Source of the DNA: Bacteroidales bacterium
GTDB lineage: Bacteria; Bacteroidota; Bacteroidia; Bacteroidales; VadinHA17
Length of the DNA: 64,000 nt
Assembly: GCA_021371855.1 (NCBI GenBank)
Contig: JAJFVL010000049.1
Location: 70,226 to 134,225, forward strand
Direction of reading: 5' to 3'
Shown: positions 45,142 to 56,187 of the stretch, piece by piece
Numbering within the stretch: position 1 is the first letter of the stretch
How the letters are laid out: every line of letters begins with the position of its first letter
Made by a program: the position numbers and the translations under genes
The notes under the pieces: model-generated
Databases searched by the model: none
What the model saw: only the letters and a program-made list of their open reading frames with translations
Told to the model about the DNA's origin: nothing

Positions 45142-46198
45142 ATTTCTTCTTCCCCCATCCCTGTGCTGACAGAGTAACTTCCGACCCATCATCGCCTACG
45201 AGGAAATAACCCGTTCCTGACGAGGTCATGTGGCCAATGATTTTTATCGACTCTATTGACTCTATCTTCTCCAGCATATCAAGAGGAACTGTAAAGAGCA
45301 GCTCATAGTCCTCCCCACCATTAAGAGCGGGAACAATAGGATCGATATTGAACTCTTCAGCAAGTTTTGACGTCTCGTAGTCAATAGGTATCTTACTGTA
45401 AAATATTCTGCAGCCGGTATCTGATAATTTGCAGATATGCATCAGATCGGATGCCAGTCCGTCAGAAACGTCGATCATCGACGAGGGTTTAATACATGCC
45501 TTTTGAAGTTCTGCCAATGTCGAAACAGGAAACTCCGGTTTGAGTTGTTTGCCGATAATGTATTCATAACCAGCAAGATCAGGTTGTGTAACTTTTTCTT
45601 TTTCAAATAGTTTACGTTCTCTTTCCAGAAGCTGGAGCCCCATAAAGGAGGCTCCGTAATCGCCGGTAACACAAATCAGATCATTTGGATGGGCACCATC
45701 CCTTTTAATTATATCTTCTTTATTAACAGTGCCAACAGCCGTAACTCCGATTGTCAATCCTGTCAGCGAGCTGGTAGTGTCTCCGCCAACAAGGTCTACA
45801 TTGTATTTCTCACAAGCAAGATATATTCCTTCATATATCTCATCAATCTGTTCTACGGTAAATCTTGAACTGATACCAAGCGAAATCAAAACCTGTCCGG
45901 GATTCCCATTCATGGCATAAATATCTGATATTGCCCTGAGTACAGATTTATATCCAAGATGTTTCAATGGTGTGTAAACCAGATTGAAATGAATTCCTTC
46001 AAGAAGAAGGTCAGTCGAAACAAGTGTCATTGATCCGCCCGGATCAATGACTGAAGCATCATCTCCGATTCCCGTAACTGTAGTTTTATTAAACGGAACA
46101 ACCTTCTTTGTTAAATGATCAATCAATCCGAATTTTCCCAATTCGCTGATTGAGGTTCCACCTGTTTCAGAATCTGCCATATTGAAAATTTTACTCAC
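45140..46198 (-). CDS. thiL: Thiamine-monophosphate kinase
   Basis: 352 aa with an AIR-synthase-like fold. Motifs are ISELGKFGLI, GIGDDASVI and DLVGGDTTSS. Confidence 0.88.
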   Translation of the reverse strand: MSKIFNMADSETGGTSISELGKFGLIDHLTKKVVPFNKTTVTGIGDDASVIDPGGSMTLVSTDLLLEGIHFNLVYTPLKHLGYKSVLRAISDIYAMNGNPGQVLISLGISSRFTVEQIDEIYEGIYLACEKYNVDLVGGDTTSSLTGLTIGVTAVGTVNKEDIIKRDGAHPNDLICVTGDYGASFMGLQLLERERKLFEKEKVTQPDLAGYEYIIGKQLKPEFPVSTLAELQKACIKPSSMIDVSDGLASDLMHICKLSDTGCRIFYSKIPIDYETSKLAEEFNIDPIVPALNGGEDYELLFTVPLDMLEKIESIESIKIIGHMTSSGTGYFLVGDDGSEVTLSAQGWGKKK

Positions 46199-46249
46199 AA
46201 TGATCGCGAAATAATTTTTCCCATTCCCTTTTTACCCCCATCCTTTTTA

Positions 46250-46624
46250 TCATATACTAATTATATCCCTGCCAAAGGGGCTCAAAGCAATACCTGTCAG
46301 TTTGAAATGCTGCAGGCCAAATGGGATACCTATAATTGTAATACAAAGAAGCGCTCCGAAAATTGCATGGGTAATAGCAATCCAGATACCTCCGCATATC
46401 AGCCATAATAAATTCATAAATATATAAAGGCACCCTGATGACCTTGAATGAACCCGGGTATCCCTTCCAAATGGCCACAATGAGAGAGAGGCCATTTTGA
46501 GTGTCTGCAAACCGAACGGAATGCCTACTATTGTAATCATGAGTACAATGCTTCCGATAAGGTATTCTATTGCAATGATAATACCTCCAAAGATCAGCCA
46601 GATAAGATTTCCTATCAGATTCAT
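46250..46624 (-). CDS. yccF: YccF-family inner-membrane protein
   Basis: 124 aa with the duplicated motif NLIWLIFGG...IVGIPFGLQ..K...L.PFGRD. Confidence 0.85.
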   Translation of the reverse strand: MNLIGNLIWLIFGGIIIAIEYLIGSIVLMITIVGIPFGLQTLKMASLSLWPFGRDTRVHSRSSGCLYIFMNLLWLICGGIWIAITHAIFGALLCITIIGIPFGLQHFKLTGIALSPFGRDIISI

Positions 46625-46639
46625 TACAATATGACTTAT

Positions 46640-48244
46640 TTATTCAAGAATTATTGTTTTATCTTTTGGATATTTGACCGAGTATGTAAGAATTATCTGT
46701 TTGGTTTCCTGCGGCTTAATTTCCAGATCCCATTTTATTTCACCTGTTTCGGCGTTGTGCTTTCCACCAGATAATTCAACAGGATCAACTGTTATGCCAC
46801 TGTTTGAAGAAACCGGTATCTGATCACTCAGAGTGATCTTAACCGGGTTTGATTTATTATTTCTTACAGTCAGAAGGAATGAATAAGTCTCAGTCTTGTT
46901 TGCCCCGATCACTTTTTTGCTTGTGAAATCTTTACGTTTTTCCCTTTTAACCAGGATGCTGTTGTCTGTCCCAAGTGAAAGTGTAAGAGTGTCTGTCGTC
47001 TGGTTTACATTTAGATTTGATTTTCCGACGAATGAATTCTCAAAATAGAGGGTTGCTTCTCCGCTCTGGAGACTTAATTTTGCCCAGTCGGTAATATTTG
47101 CAGTCAGAAAAGCCAGAGGTGATAACTTTGGCAGAGTAACATATTTATAATCCGCAGGAGCCGTGAGGCGCTGAATTTCAACTGTCTGTATTTTGCCATC
47201 GGAAGGTATGGAATACGGGATGGCGATGTCGAATGTGATTGTTGTTTCTCCAACCTGTTTTTCGACAGCAACAGGTGCTGCTTCTTCAAGTGCATCTTCG
47301 CTCTTAAGTTCCATGGCAGCTTTCTCGAGCATGACAGGAGCATTGCTCCTTTTTACACCTGCAATCATAGGCCTTGGATATGTATAATAATCTATAAACC
47401 ATGGATTTAAAACAGGAACATTTCCTGCCACCCATGGTGTTGCATTTGAGAAACTGAGTTTGACATCTTTCCATTCAACTCCGGACCTCTGATAAACATT
47501 GGCCTTGTACAATATTGTGACTGGTTTCTTTATATCATCCACCCTGATATCATACGAAGGATACCACCCTGCGTTTGCAACAACGTAGCTGAAAGAGAAT
47601 TTACCGGTGAGTTGCTTTTCAGATGTGACAGTCACTAATATTTCTCCTGATGGAAGCTGTCCTTTTCCAAGCTTGTCGGCAACCTGTTGCTGAAGAGCTG
47701 CTATCTGCTTTTCATAATCCTTTATTAACCGGTTTTTCTTAAGTGTTGTTGTTGCGATTTGATCCATATTACTGGTGTACAGTTCTATAACACTTTTAAA
47801 CTGTTCAATGGAGAATGTTGTTGCCTTTACAAGAACAGCTTGATTTGCAGCAAGAAATTTTTCTTTTTCCTTCAGAGTTCCCAGAGCAGCTTTCTCGTCT
47901 TCAACTTTAGTCTGGAGAGCTTCAATCTGGTTCCTTATGCTCTTCATTTCGGGATTATCTTCAAGGTTCTGCAGATAATTATTCTGATGATTTACAGAAA
48001 GAATAGTAAACTCACCAAATCCTTTGACCTGTATACTCTGTACATCAATGTAAGGAGAGAGACCCGAAAGTTTCAGAATTGTCTTTCCCGGTGCCAGCGA
48101 AACGGATGTCTCGTGATCAATTTGTGCCCTGTCAGGAAAAACGGTAACGTGTTTTATTTCTGCTTTTATATCTTTCTCAGTCTGGGCTGTAATATTAAAA
48201 ACAGCCGAAATGAGGAACATTGAAGTGACAAGTAACTTTTTCAT
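46640..48244 (-). CDS. DUF4139/DUF4140-type (MuiA-like) secreted protein
   Basis: The likely start is ATG 48244 (MKKLLVTSMFLISAVFNITAQ signal). A central coiled coil is followed by a GWYPSYDIRV-type motif characteristic of this family. Confidence 0.72.
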   Translation of the reverse strand: MKKLLVTSMFLISAVFNITAQTEKDIKAEIKHVTVFPDRAQIDHETSVSLAPGKTILKLSGLSPYIDVQSIQVKGFGEFTILSVNHQNNYLQNLEDNPEMKSIRNQIEALQTKVEDEKAALGTLKEKEKFLAANQAVLVKATTFSIEQFKSVIELYTSNMDQIATTTLKKNRLIKDYEKQIAALQQQVADKLGKGQLPSGEILVTVTSEKQLTGKFSFSYVVANAGWYPSYDIRVDDIKKPVTILYKANVYQRSGVEWKDVKLSFSNATPWVAGNVPVLNPWFIDYYTYPRPMIAGVKRSNAPVMLEKAAMELKSEDALEEAAPVAVEKQVGETTITFDIAIPYSIPSDGKIQTVEIQRLTAPADYKYVTLPKLSPLAFLTANITDWAKLSLQSGEATLYFENSFVGKSNLNVNQTTDTLTLSLGTDNSILVKREKRKDFTSKKVIGANKTETYSFLLTVRNNKSNPVKITLSDQIPVSSNSGITVDPVELSGGKHNAETGEIKWDLEIKPQETKQIILTYSVKYPKDKTIILE

Positions 48245-48500
48245 ATTTGAATAATTGTTTAAATGGGATCCTGAAATTCTCATCGTTGTAATTATTTTAA
48301 TCAAAAGTAATTGTTTGTATAATATGTCCGGCTTTTAACTCATAATATAACCGGATAAAATTAAGAATTTTCTCTTGTCTTAAATCATCAATTATTGGGC
48401 CATAACTGTGTGTTGACAGCCTGAATATATGTTAAATATCTCTTTTTCAATTTTGTTCCGGTTTATTAGACTATCTTCGCAGAAAATTAATTTATTCAAA

Positions 48501-49577
48501 ATGAAGGGACTGAGAATCGGGAACCTGGCAATAGAGGTTCCAATAATACAGGGTGGGATGGGAGTAGGAATTTCTCTTTCAGGACTAGCTTCCGCTGTTG
48601 CAAATGAAGGAGGAGTAGGGGTTATCTCCAGCGCCGGGCTCGGATTGCTCTATAGGAATTTGTCAGAAAATTATCTTGAAGCAAGTATTCTGGGACTTAA
48701 GGAAGAGATACGGAAAGCAAGGGAGAAAACACGTGGTATTATTGGTGTCAATGTGATGGTAGCCATGTCGAATTTTGCTGATATGATCAGAACAGCAATT
48801 TCAGAAAAAGCAGACCTGATAATTGCTGGTGCCGGTCTTCCTTTGGATATGCCGTCATTCTTAAAAAAAGAAAGTAAAACAAAACTTGTACCTATAGTAT
48901 CATCAGCAAGGGCTGCAAAAATAATTTGTGAAAAATGGAAGACAAATTACGATTATCTGCCCGATGCGGTTATTGTGGAAGGACCCAAAGCAGGTGGACA
49001 TCTTGGCTTTAAGGAAGAGCAGATATTCAACACGGATTATTCTCTCGAGAAGCTTGTTCCGGAAATCGTCAGTGAATTAAAGGTATTTGAAGATAAATAC
49101 AATACGAAAATTCCGCTTTTTGCTGCCGGTGGTATCTATACGGGTGAAGACATAAATAATATTATGAAGCTGGGAGCATCGGGAGTTCAGATGGCAACTC
49201 GTTTTGTGACCACCGAAGAATGTGATGCCTCTGATGCATTCAAACAGACTTATATCGATGCTGTGAGCTCTGATATCGAAATAATAAAAAGTCCTGTCGG
49301 CATGCCGGGACGTGCTATTCTTAGTAACTTCATTATTAAGATGAGAGAGGGTAAGAAGCAACCGAAAAAATGTCCGTTCAAATGCATCAAAACATGTGAT
49401 ATATCAAAAAGTCCGTATTGTATTATTACGGCTCTGATCAATGCTCTTAAGGGTAATTTTGAGAACGGTTATGCATTTGCAGGGGCAAATGCTTTCAGAG
49501 CGACCAGGATATCATCTGTGAAAGAGATATTTCAATCATTAATGACAGAATATAAAGAAAGCAAAAACCGAAGCTGA
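48501..49577 (+). CDS. Nitronate monooxygenase / FabK-like FMN-dependent oxidoreductase
   Basis: Starts at ATG 48501 (MKGLRIGNLAIEVPIIQGGMGVGIS). The TIM-barrel FMN motifs AGGIYTGED and GVQMATRF are present. Confidence 0.8.
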   Translation: MKGLRIGNLAIEVPIIQGGMGVGISLSGLASAVANEGGVGVISSAGLGLLYRNLSENYLEASILGLKEEIRKAREKTRGIIGVNVMVAMSNFADMIRTAISEKADLIIAGAGLPLDMPSFLKKESKTKLVPIVSSARAAKIICEKWKTNYDYLPDAVIVEGPKAGGHLGFKEEQIFNTDYSLEKLVPEIVSELKVFEDKYNTKIPLFAAGGIYTGEDINNIMKLGASGVQMATRFVTTEECDASDAFKQTYIDAVSSDIEIIKSPVGMPGRAILSNFIIKMREGKKQPKKCPFKCIKTCDISKSPYCIITALINALKGNFENGYAFAGANAFRATRISSVKEIFQSLMTEYKESKNRS

Positions 49578-49610
49578 AGACTCCTTCAGGTAGAGAAGAA
49601 TCAAAATAAG

Positions 49611-49640
49611 AAAGGCTGCCCGGGAGCAGCCTTTTCTTTA
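49611..49640. terminator. Bidirectional intrinsic terminator between convergent genes
   Basis: Stem AAAGGCTGC / GCAGCCTTT with a 6-nt loop. T-rich sequence follows on both strands. Confidence 0.7.
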
Positions 49641-49664
49641 AATAATATCCAGATAAAATCAGAA

Positions 49665-51080
49665 TCAGGGAACCAATTTCATATAACTGACTGCTGATGG
49701 TTCCGATACGGATTCAGTTTTAGTCGCCATCGGGCAGCCGGGGACTGGGCAGTTAACTACTTTATGTTCTTTGTTATCTGCAGGTTCCCATCCCATGCTT
49801 AGGAATAATGCAATGAAGCCGATGACATAGGCAGCAGCTACATACCACCCTTTCTTAAGCCAGAGAACTACATTACGTGCTTCGGGAAATTTATTTGTGA
49901 TGGCTACTCCTGCGGATGAACCAAACCATATCATCGATCCTCCGAAGCCAACCGAGTATGCAAGCATTCCCCAGTCATAGTGTCCCTGGTCGAGACATAG
50001 TTTGGTAAGAGGAATGTTGTCGAATACTGCCGAAAGAAATCCGAGAGAAAATGCTGTGATCACTGAAGCGTTGGGGAGTTCTTCTACCGGCATCATTGAA
50101 GCACACAATACAAGACAGAGAAGGAAAACAGTTCCTTTAATTGATCCGGGAACCTCTTTCCAAGGAACAGGCCTTATGAATGCCCCGATAAGGATAGCAA
50201 TCCAGACACCCAGGGCAGGCATATCATATACAATATTTGAAATAATGGCGCCTGCCAGTATAAGCGCAACATTGAAAATTTTCATCCAATCGATTTTGAC
50301 ATTATTATCAGCATCTTTTTGAATTCTCTGATATTTATCCTGCTTATGAGAAGCAAACCATGCAAAAAAGAAAAGCGCCACAAAAGCAGCCACATAAGCA
50401 TGTAATACATTAAAGGCACTTACACCATCAATCCACATCATAGTTGTGGTAGTATCTCCGACAACACTTCCGCAGCCACCGGCATTGCTTGCAGCAACAA
50501 GTGCTGCAATATATCCTATATGAACTTTATTTTTAAAAACGACCAGAGCTATTGTGCCTCCGATCAGTGCAGCTGCTATATTATCAAGAAATGATGACAG
50601 AACAAAAACGAATATCAATAATAAAAACGGACCCTTCCAGTCATCAGGAAGATATCTCGGAAGTACATCAGGGACACCCGATTCTTCAAATATTTTTGAC
50701 AGAATAGCGAATCCAAGTAAAAGACCAAGTAAATTAAGTATAATTCCCCATTCTCCCTGTCGTAAACTTTTATCCATAATCTGCTCTCCCATTGGGGTCT
50801 CTCCAAAAAGATGCTCAAACAGATTAAATCCGGGATCGAAGATAAATTTGAAAGTCAATAATACTGTTAACCCGATAACAGCAACCCAGAATGTCTGTTT
50901 ATGAAACAGAGCTACTCCCAGGAGTATAAACCCGAAAATTATAAATTCAACTCGTATGGGTCCAATCGTTGGAACAGATCCTCCTGCAGCAAAAAGACAG
51001 ACAGGTGATAATAAAATCAAAGATAACATGAATAGTTTCTTAATGTTACGTTGTAAAAGCGATTTGAAATAGTTTTTCAT
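49665..51080 (-). CDS. ArsB/NhaD/CitMHS-superfamily ion transporter (sodium:proton antiporter-like)
   Basis: A 471-aa polytopic membrane protein with about 11-12 hydrophobic helices. The LSSFLDNIAAALIGG and SNAGGCGSVVGDTTTTMMW motifs resemble NhaD/citrate-transporter-type permeases. The substrate is not assignable by eye. Confidence 0.65.
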   Translation of the reverse strand: MKNYFKSLLQRNIKKLFMLSLILLSPVCLFAAGGSVPTIGPIRVEFIIFGFILLGVALFHKQTFWVAVIGLTVLLTFKFIFDPGFNLFEHLFGETPMGEQIMDKSLRQGEWGIILNLLGLLLGFAILSKIFEESGVPDVLPRYLPDDWKGPFLLLIFVFVLSSFLDNIAAALIGGTIALVVFKNKVHIGYIAALVAASNAGGCGSVVGDTTTTMMWIDGVSAFNVLHAYVAAFVALFFFAWFASHKQDKYQRIQKDADNNVKIDWMKIFNVALILAGAIISNIVYDMPALGVWIAILIGAFIRPVPWKEVPGSIKGTVFLLCLVLCASMMPVEELPNASVITAFSLGFLSAVFDNIPLTKLCLDQGHYDWGMLAYSVGFGGSMIWFGSSAGVAITNKFPEARNVVLWLKKGWYVAAAYVIGFIALFLSMGWEPADNKEHKVVNCPVPGCPMATKTESVSEPSAVSYMKLVP

Positions 51081-51342
51081 TTATTCAGAATATCTTAAAC
51101 AGTTAAGGTGAAAATTTTCGAAGTTGCAAATTTAGAAAATTTTATATGCAACCCATGTTAAAAAATAATAATTTACTTTAGTGAACTCCTCTGCTGAATC
51201 AAATTTTACAATAGAATTTATCACAAATCTTATATTTTTTATATTTTTGCATGTTTATTTAGATTAAATATAATTAAGGTAACAACAAAAGGTAAAAAGG
51301 TTTGTTCTTATTATTAGATTAATACTGTTGAAAAACAAGTAG

Positions 51343-52791
51343 ATGGAAAAGGATCAAAATAAGATATTAAGTGACGTAACCTCTGGTGAATACAAATACG
51401 GGTTCTATTCCGATATTGAAACGGAACAGATCCCCAAGGGTCTGAGTGAGGAGGTAATAAAAGTTATTTCGAAAAAGAAAGATGAGCCAGACTGGTTGCT
51501 TGAATTTCGTCTGAAGTCATACAGGCACTGGTTGACTTTGAAAATGCCAGCATGGGCACATCTTGAAATTCCGCCTATCAATTACCAGGACATTATTTAT
51601 TATGCTGCTCCCAGGAAGAAGGAAACTCTTAAAAGTGTTGATGATATTGATCCCGAGCTGAAAAAAACATTCGACAAACTCGGAATATCGCTCGAAGAAC
51701 AGAAACATCTTGCAGGTGTTGCTGTAGATGCAGTAATGGACAGTGTATCGGTTAAAACAACATTCAGGGAAACTCTCGCTGAACTTGGAATAATATTCTG
51801 CTCTTTCAGTGAAGCTGTAAAGGAATATCCGGAACTTGTAAAAAGATATTTAGGTACAGTAGTACCGTATACTGATAATTTTTTTGCATCACTTAACTCG
51901 GCTGTCTTTAGCGACGGTTCATTCTGCTATATTCCTAAAGGGGTAAGATGCCCGATGGAGCTCTCCACTTATTTCAGGATAAACTCGGCTAATACCGGTC
52001 AGTTTGAAAGGACGCTGCTTGTAGCAGATGAAGAAAGTTATGTAAGCTATCTTGAAGGTTGTACAGCCCCGATGAGGGATGAGAATCAGCTCCATGCAGC
52101 TATCGTTGAAATAGTCGTGGAAAAGAATGCGGAAGTTAAATATTCAACGGTTCAGAACTGGTACCCAGGCAGCAGGGAAGGGAAGGGCGGTATATTCAAC
52201 TTTGTTACCAAAAGGGGAATGTGCAAGGGTGAAAACTCAAAAATATCATGGACCCAGGTTGAAACAGGTTCGGCTATTACATGGAAATATCCTTCCTGTG
52301 TGTTAAGGGGAGATAATTCAATCGGAGAGTTTTATTCGGTTGCCGTAACCAATAATTACCAGCAGGCTGATACAGGCACAAAAATGATTCATGTTGGCAA
52401 AAATACAAAGAGTACGATCGTTTCAAAAGGTATTTCAGCAGGGAGAGGACAGAACAGCTACAGGGGGCTTGTAAAGGTTCTGAAAAATGCTGCATATGCA
52501 AGGAATTTTTCGCAATGCGACTCATTATTGCTTGGCGACAGATGTGGAGCCCATACCTTCCCTTATCTTGAGGTAGAGAACCAGACCGCAATAGTTGAAC
52601 ATGAAGCGACCACTTCAAAAATAGGGGAGGACCAGATCTTTTACTGTAACCAGAGAGGAATCTCGACCGAAGATGCTATCGCTCTCATTGTTAACGGCTA
52701 TGCTCGTGAGGTGCTAAATAAACTGCCAATGGAGTTTGCTGTTGAAGCCCAGAAACTTCTGCAGATAAGTCTTGAAGGTAGCATTGGATAA
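51343..52791 (+). CDS. sufB: Fe-S cluster assembly scaffold SufB
   Basis: 482 aa with conserved SufB C-terminal beta-helix motifs ([26 protein letters not shown]). It is the first gene of the suf operon. Confidence 0.95.
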   Translation: MEKDQNKILSDVTSGEYKYGFYSDIETEQIPKGLSEEVIKVISKKKDEPDWLLEFRLKSYRHWLTLKMPAWAHLEIPPINYQDIIYYAAPRKKETLKSVDDIDPELKKTFDKLGISLEEQKHLAGVAVDAVMDSVSVKTTFRETLAELGIIFCSFSEAVKEYPELVKRYLGTVVPYTDNFFASLNSAVFSDGSFCYIPKGVRCPMELSTYFRINSANTGQFERTLLVADEESYVSYLEGCTAPMRDENQLHAAIVEIVVEKNAEVKYSTVQNWYPGSREGKGGIFNFVTKRGMCKGENSKISWTQVETGSAITWKYPSCVLRGDNSIGEFYSVAVTNNYQQADTGTKMIHVGKNTKSTIVSKGISAGRGQNSYRGLVKVLKNAAYARNFSQCDSLLLGDRCGAHTFPYLEVENQTAIVEHEATTSKIGEDQIFYCNQRGISTEDAIALIVNGYAREVLNKLPMEFAVEAQKLLQISLEGSIG

Positions 52792-52826
52792 ATTAGATTG
52801 ATTATTATATACAATTTCATATTATT

Positions 52827-53591
52827 ATGTTGGTTATAAATAATTTAAAAGCCTCAATTGAAGGCAAGAATATATTAAAAGGAGTAAACCTCGAAATTAA
52901 ACCCGGTGAAATTCATGCAATAATGGGACCAAATGGTTCAGGAAAAAGCACTCTTGCTTCTGTTCTTGCTGGGAGGGATCTGGTGAAAGTCACGGAAGGC
53001 TCTGTTACATATTTTGGAAAGAACCTGCTTGAAATGTCAGCAGAGGACCGTGCAAAAGAGGGAATATTCCTTGGTTTTCAGTATCCCATCGAAATTCCTG
53101 GTGTCAGTATGGTAAATTTCATGAAAGCAGCTGTAAATGAACAGCGTAAACATAAAGGACTTGAACCTCTCTCGGCATCAGATTTTCTAAAAATGATGCG
53201 CGAGAAGAAAGAGTTGGTTGAAATTGATTCGAAACTTGCAAACAGGTCAGTAAATGAGGGATTCTCAGGTGGAGAGAAGAAAAAGAATGAGATCTTCCAG
53301 ATGGCTATGCTCGAACCAAAACTGGCAATACTCGATGAAACTGATTCAGGTCTCGATATTGATGCCTTGCGGGTTGTTGCCAATGGCGTCAATAAGATTA
53401 AACGTCCCGATAATTCATTTATAGTCATAACACATTACCAAAGGTTGCTCGATTATATTGTACCTGATGTCGTTCATGTCCTGTACGACGGGAGAATTGT
53501 TAAGACCGCCGGAAAAGAACTGGCCCTTGAACTTGAGGAAAAGGGATATGACTGGATCAAAAAAGAGGTCGAAAATAATATATTGGCATGA
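52827..53591 (+). CDS. sufC: Fe-S cluster assembly ATPase SufC
   Basis: 254 aa with Walker A GPNGSGKST, signature FSGGEKKK, Walker B AILDETDSGLD and H-loop ITHY. Confidence 0.95.
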   Translation: MLVINNLKASIEGKNILKGVNLEIKPGEIHAIMGPNGSGKSTLASVLAGRDLVKVTEGSVTYFGKNLLEMSAEDRAKEGIFLGFQYPIEIPGVSMVNFMKAAVNEQRKHKGLEPLSASDFLKMMREKKELVEIDSKLANRSVNEGFSGGEKKKNEIFQMAMLEPKLAILDETDSGLDIDALRVVANGVNKIKRPDNSFIVITHYQRLLDYIVPDVVHVLYDGRIVKTAGKELALELEEKGYDWIKKEVENNILA

Positions 53592-54961
53592 GCGGGAACT
53601 CTGAAATAAAGGACAGATATCTGAAACTTTATAAGGATAATATTGAAAGGATTTCCGGAAATTCATCTCCTTATATTAATTTTTTCAGAGAGGCAGCTTT
53701 TGAGAAATTCAAAACACTGGGCGTTCCTTCGAAGAAGGACGAAGCCTATAAGTATACGAACCTCGATACATTTTTTGAGCACGATTATAAGAGCTATTTC
53801 ATGCCGGCTCCCTCTGATTTTAAGAAAGCCGAAGAATTCAGGTGCGATGTGCCTGATCTCGATACTCATGGAATAATTTTGTTGAATGGATTTTATCCCA
53901 CCATCTACGATAAACTACGCCAGCTCCCAAGCGGAGTCTGGATCGGAAGCCTGAATGAAGCGGCAATAAAATTTCCTGACAAGATTGAAAAGCATTATGG
54001 TAAATATGCACAAAGCGAAACAGACGGGCTCATACATCTGAACACTTCTTTGGCCTCAGACGGTGTTTTTGTTTATGTTCCTGAAGGAGTGACTCTGACC
54101 AAGCCTGTTCAGGTCGTCAACCTTGTTCAGTCAGAGGAAGATATGTTCAATCAGCACAGGAACCTTGTGATTGTGGAGAAAAACGCAGAAATTTCTCTTA
54201 TCGTATGCGACCATACGCTTTCACCTCAAAAGTTTCTGACCAATGCAGTAACAGAGGTCTTTGTCGGCGAAAACTCTCATTTCGACATAATAAGAGTGCA
54301 GAATGAACATAATAATGCCTGCAAGATAACTCATACGTTCATCCATCAGGAAAAGGAAAGTGTCACTTCGTCAAATAACATTACCCTTCACGGGGGACTT
54401 ATACGTAACAGTACATATCATTACCTTGGTGGAGAAAAGGCCGAGAGTTATTCATACGGATTGTTCCTGACTGATAAATGGCAGCATGTTGATAATTATG
54501 TAAATGTTGATCATGCTTTTCCGAACTGTACAAGTAATCAGTTGTTTAAGGGAGTACTTGATGATATGTCAACAGGTGCTTTTGCCGGTCGTATACTTGT
54601 ACGTAAGGACGCCCAGGGGACAAATGCATACCAGAAGAATAACAATATTCTTCTCACCGATGATGCCAGGATGTTTACCAAACCACAACTCGAAATTTAT
54701 GCTGATGATGTGAAATGCAGCCATGGAGCGACAATTGGCCAGCTCGACGATGATGCACTTTTTTATCTTCGGTCACGGGGAATAAATAAACGCGATGCCA
54801 GACTTATGCTTATGTTTGGTTTTGCACATGAGCTGATAAAGAATATTAAGATAGAACCTCTTCGGGATAGAATGGATAACCTTGTTATGCAGCGACTTAA
54901 AGGAGAACTTTCAAGATGTGCCAGCTGTCTGGTTAAATGCGATAATTTACAAAATAAGTGA
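53588..54961 (+). CDS. sufD: Fe-S cluster assembly protein SufD
   Basis: 457 aa with ATGA start/stop overlap with sufC. The SufB/D-type beta-helix and the C-terminal motif HGATIGQLDDDALFYLRSRGI are present. Confidence 0.9.
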   Translation: MSGNSEIKDRYLKLYKDNIERISGNSSPYINFFREAAFEKFKTLGVPSKKDEAYKYTNLDTFFEHDYKSYFMPAPSDFKKAEEFRCDVPDLDTHGIILLNGFYPTIYDKLRQLPSGVWIGSLNEAAIKFPDKIEKHYGKYAQSETDGLIHLNTSLASDGVFVYVPEGVTLTKPVQVVNLVQSEEDMFNQHRNLVIVEKNAEISLIVCDHTLSPQKFLTNAVTEVFVGENSHFDIIRVQNEHNNACKITHTFIHQEKESVTSSNNITLHGGLIRNSTYHYLGGEKAESYSYGLFLTDKWQHVDNYVNVDHAFPNCTSNQLFKGVLDDMSTGAFAGRILVRKDAQGTNAYQKNNNILLTDDARMFTKPQLEIYADDVKCSHGATIGQLDDDALFYLRSRGINKRDARLMLMFGFAHELIKNIKIEPLRDRMDNLVMQRLKGELSRCASCLVKCDNLQNK

Positions 54962-56178
54962 AGAATATAAATGAAATAAGAGCTGACTTTCCGATTCTGA
55001 GCAGAAAAGTAAATAATGATATGCCCCTTGTTTATTTCGACAATGGTGCCACTACCCAGAAACCTAAGTGTGTCATTGATACTGTCAGTGAGGTATATGC
55101 CACATATAATGCAAACATACACAGGGGAGTCCATTTCCTGAGCGACATGTCATCAGAAGCTTACGAAAATGCAAGAGAAAAAATCAGATCCTTTATTAAT
55201 GCCGGCAAAAAAGAAGAAGTAGTCTTTACTTCAGGTACTACAGGTTCAATAAATGGACTTGCATTTTCCTTCGGCGAGCGGTTTATAAAACCCGGAGATG
55301 AGATAATTATCAGCTATCTTGAGCATCATGCAAATATTGTACCCTGGCAGATGATGTGCGAAAGAAAAGGAGCCATTTTGCGTGTTATCCCGATTAATGA
55401 TGCAGGTGAGATTATAATGGCAGAATACCTCAGGATGCTTTCCCCAAAGACTCGTCTTGTTTCTGTTACACAAGTGTCAAACGTCCTCGGGACCGTTCTC
55501 CCTTTAAATGAGATAATAGCTGCCGCACATTCGGTTAATGTACCTGTACTTGTCGACGGAGCCCAGGGTATTCAGCACGGGATTGTCGATGTGAAAGCAA
55601 TGGATTGTGATTTTTATGTTTTCTCAGGCCATAAAATATACGGACCTGCAGGTATCGGAGTCCTCTATGGGAAGGAAAATTTGCTTTCTGAATTACCCCC
55701 GTTTCAGGGAGGTGGCGATATGGTCGAAAAAGTAACATTTGAAAAAACTACTTATAACGTACTCCCTTTTAAATTTGAAGCAGGAACCATGAATTATCCG
55801 GGAGCAATCGGACTGATGAGCGCTCTGGATTATATTTCAAGCTTAGGAAGAGAGGAAATAGCAGAGAGGGAGAATGAACTACTGTCATATGCGACTGAAA
55901 GATTATCAGCAATAGAGGGATTGAAGATATATGGTAATGCAACCAGGAAAATTTCATTAATATCTTTTCTCCTGAAAGGTATCCACCAATATGATGCAGG
56001 GATGATCCTCGACAAACTTGGCATTGCCGTAAGAACCGGGACACATTGCGCTCAACCGGTTATGGACCGATATGGAATCAGCGGTACCATACGGGCTTCA
56101 ATCTGTTTCTATAACACAAAAGAAGAGATCGACATCCTTACCTCAGGAATTGAAAAGGTGAAACAAATGTTAGAATAA
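54958..56178 (+). CDS. sufS: Cysteine desulfurase SufS (class II)
   Basis: 406 aa with a GTG start overlapping the sufD stop (GTGA). It has the PLP-lysine motif SGHKIYGPAGIG and the active-site RTGTHCAQP. Confidence 0.93.
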   Translation: MKNINEIRADFPILSRKVNNDMPLVYFDNGATTQKPKCVIDTVSEVYATYNANIHRGVHFLSDMSSEAYENAREKIRSFINAGKKEEVVFTSGTTGSINGLAFSFGERFIKPGDEIIISYLEHHANIVPWQMMCERKGAILRVIPINDAGEIIMAEYLRMLSPKTRLVSVTQVSNVLGTVLPLNEIIAAAHSVNVPVLVDGAQGIQHGIVDVKAMDCDFYVFSGHKIYGPAGIGVLYGKENLLSELPPFQGGGDMVEKVTFEKTTYNVLPFKFEAGTMNYPGAIGLMSALDYISSLGREEIAERENELLSYATERLSAIEGLKIYGNATRKISLISFLLKGIHQYDAGMILDKLGIAVRTGTHCAQPVMDRYGISGTIRASICFYNTKEEIDILTSGIEKVKQMLE

Positions 56179-56187
56179 GTAAATAAT

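Noticed and set aside
47759-48223. 154-aa plus-strand ORF
   Set aside because: It lies entirely within, and antisense to, the DUF4139-like gene. Its composition is AT-rich and Phe/Leu/Asn-rich, and nothing supports it.
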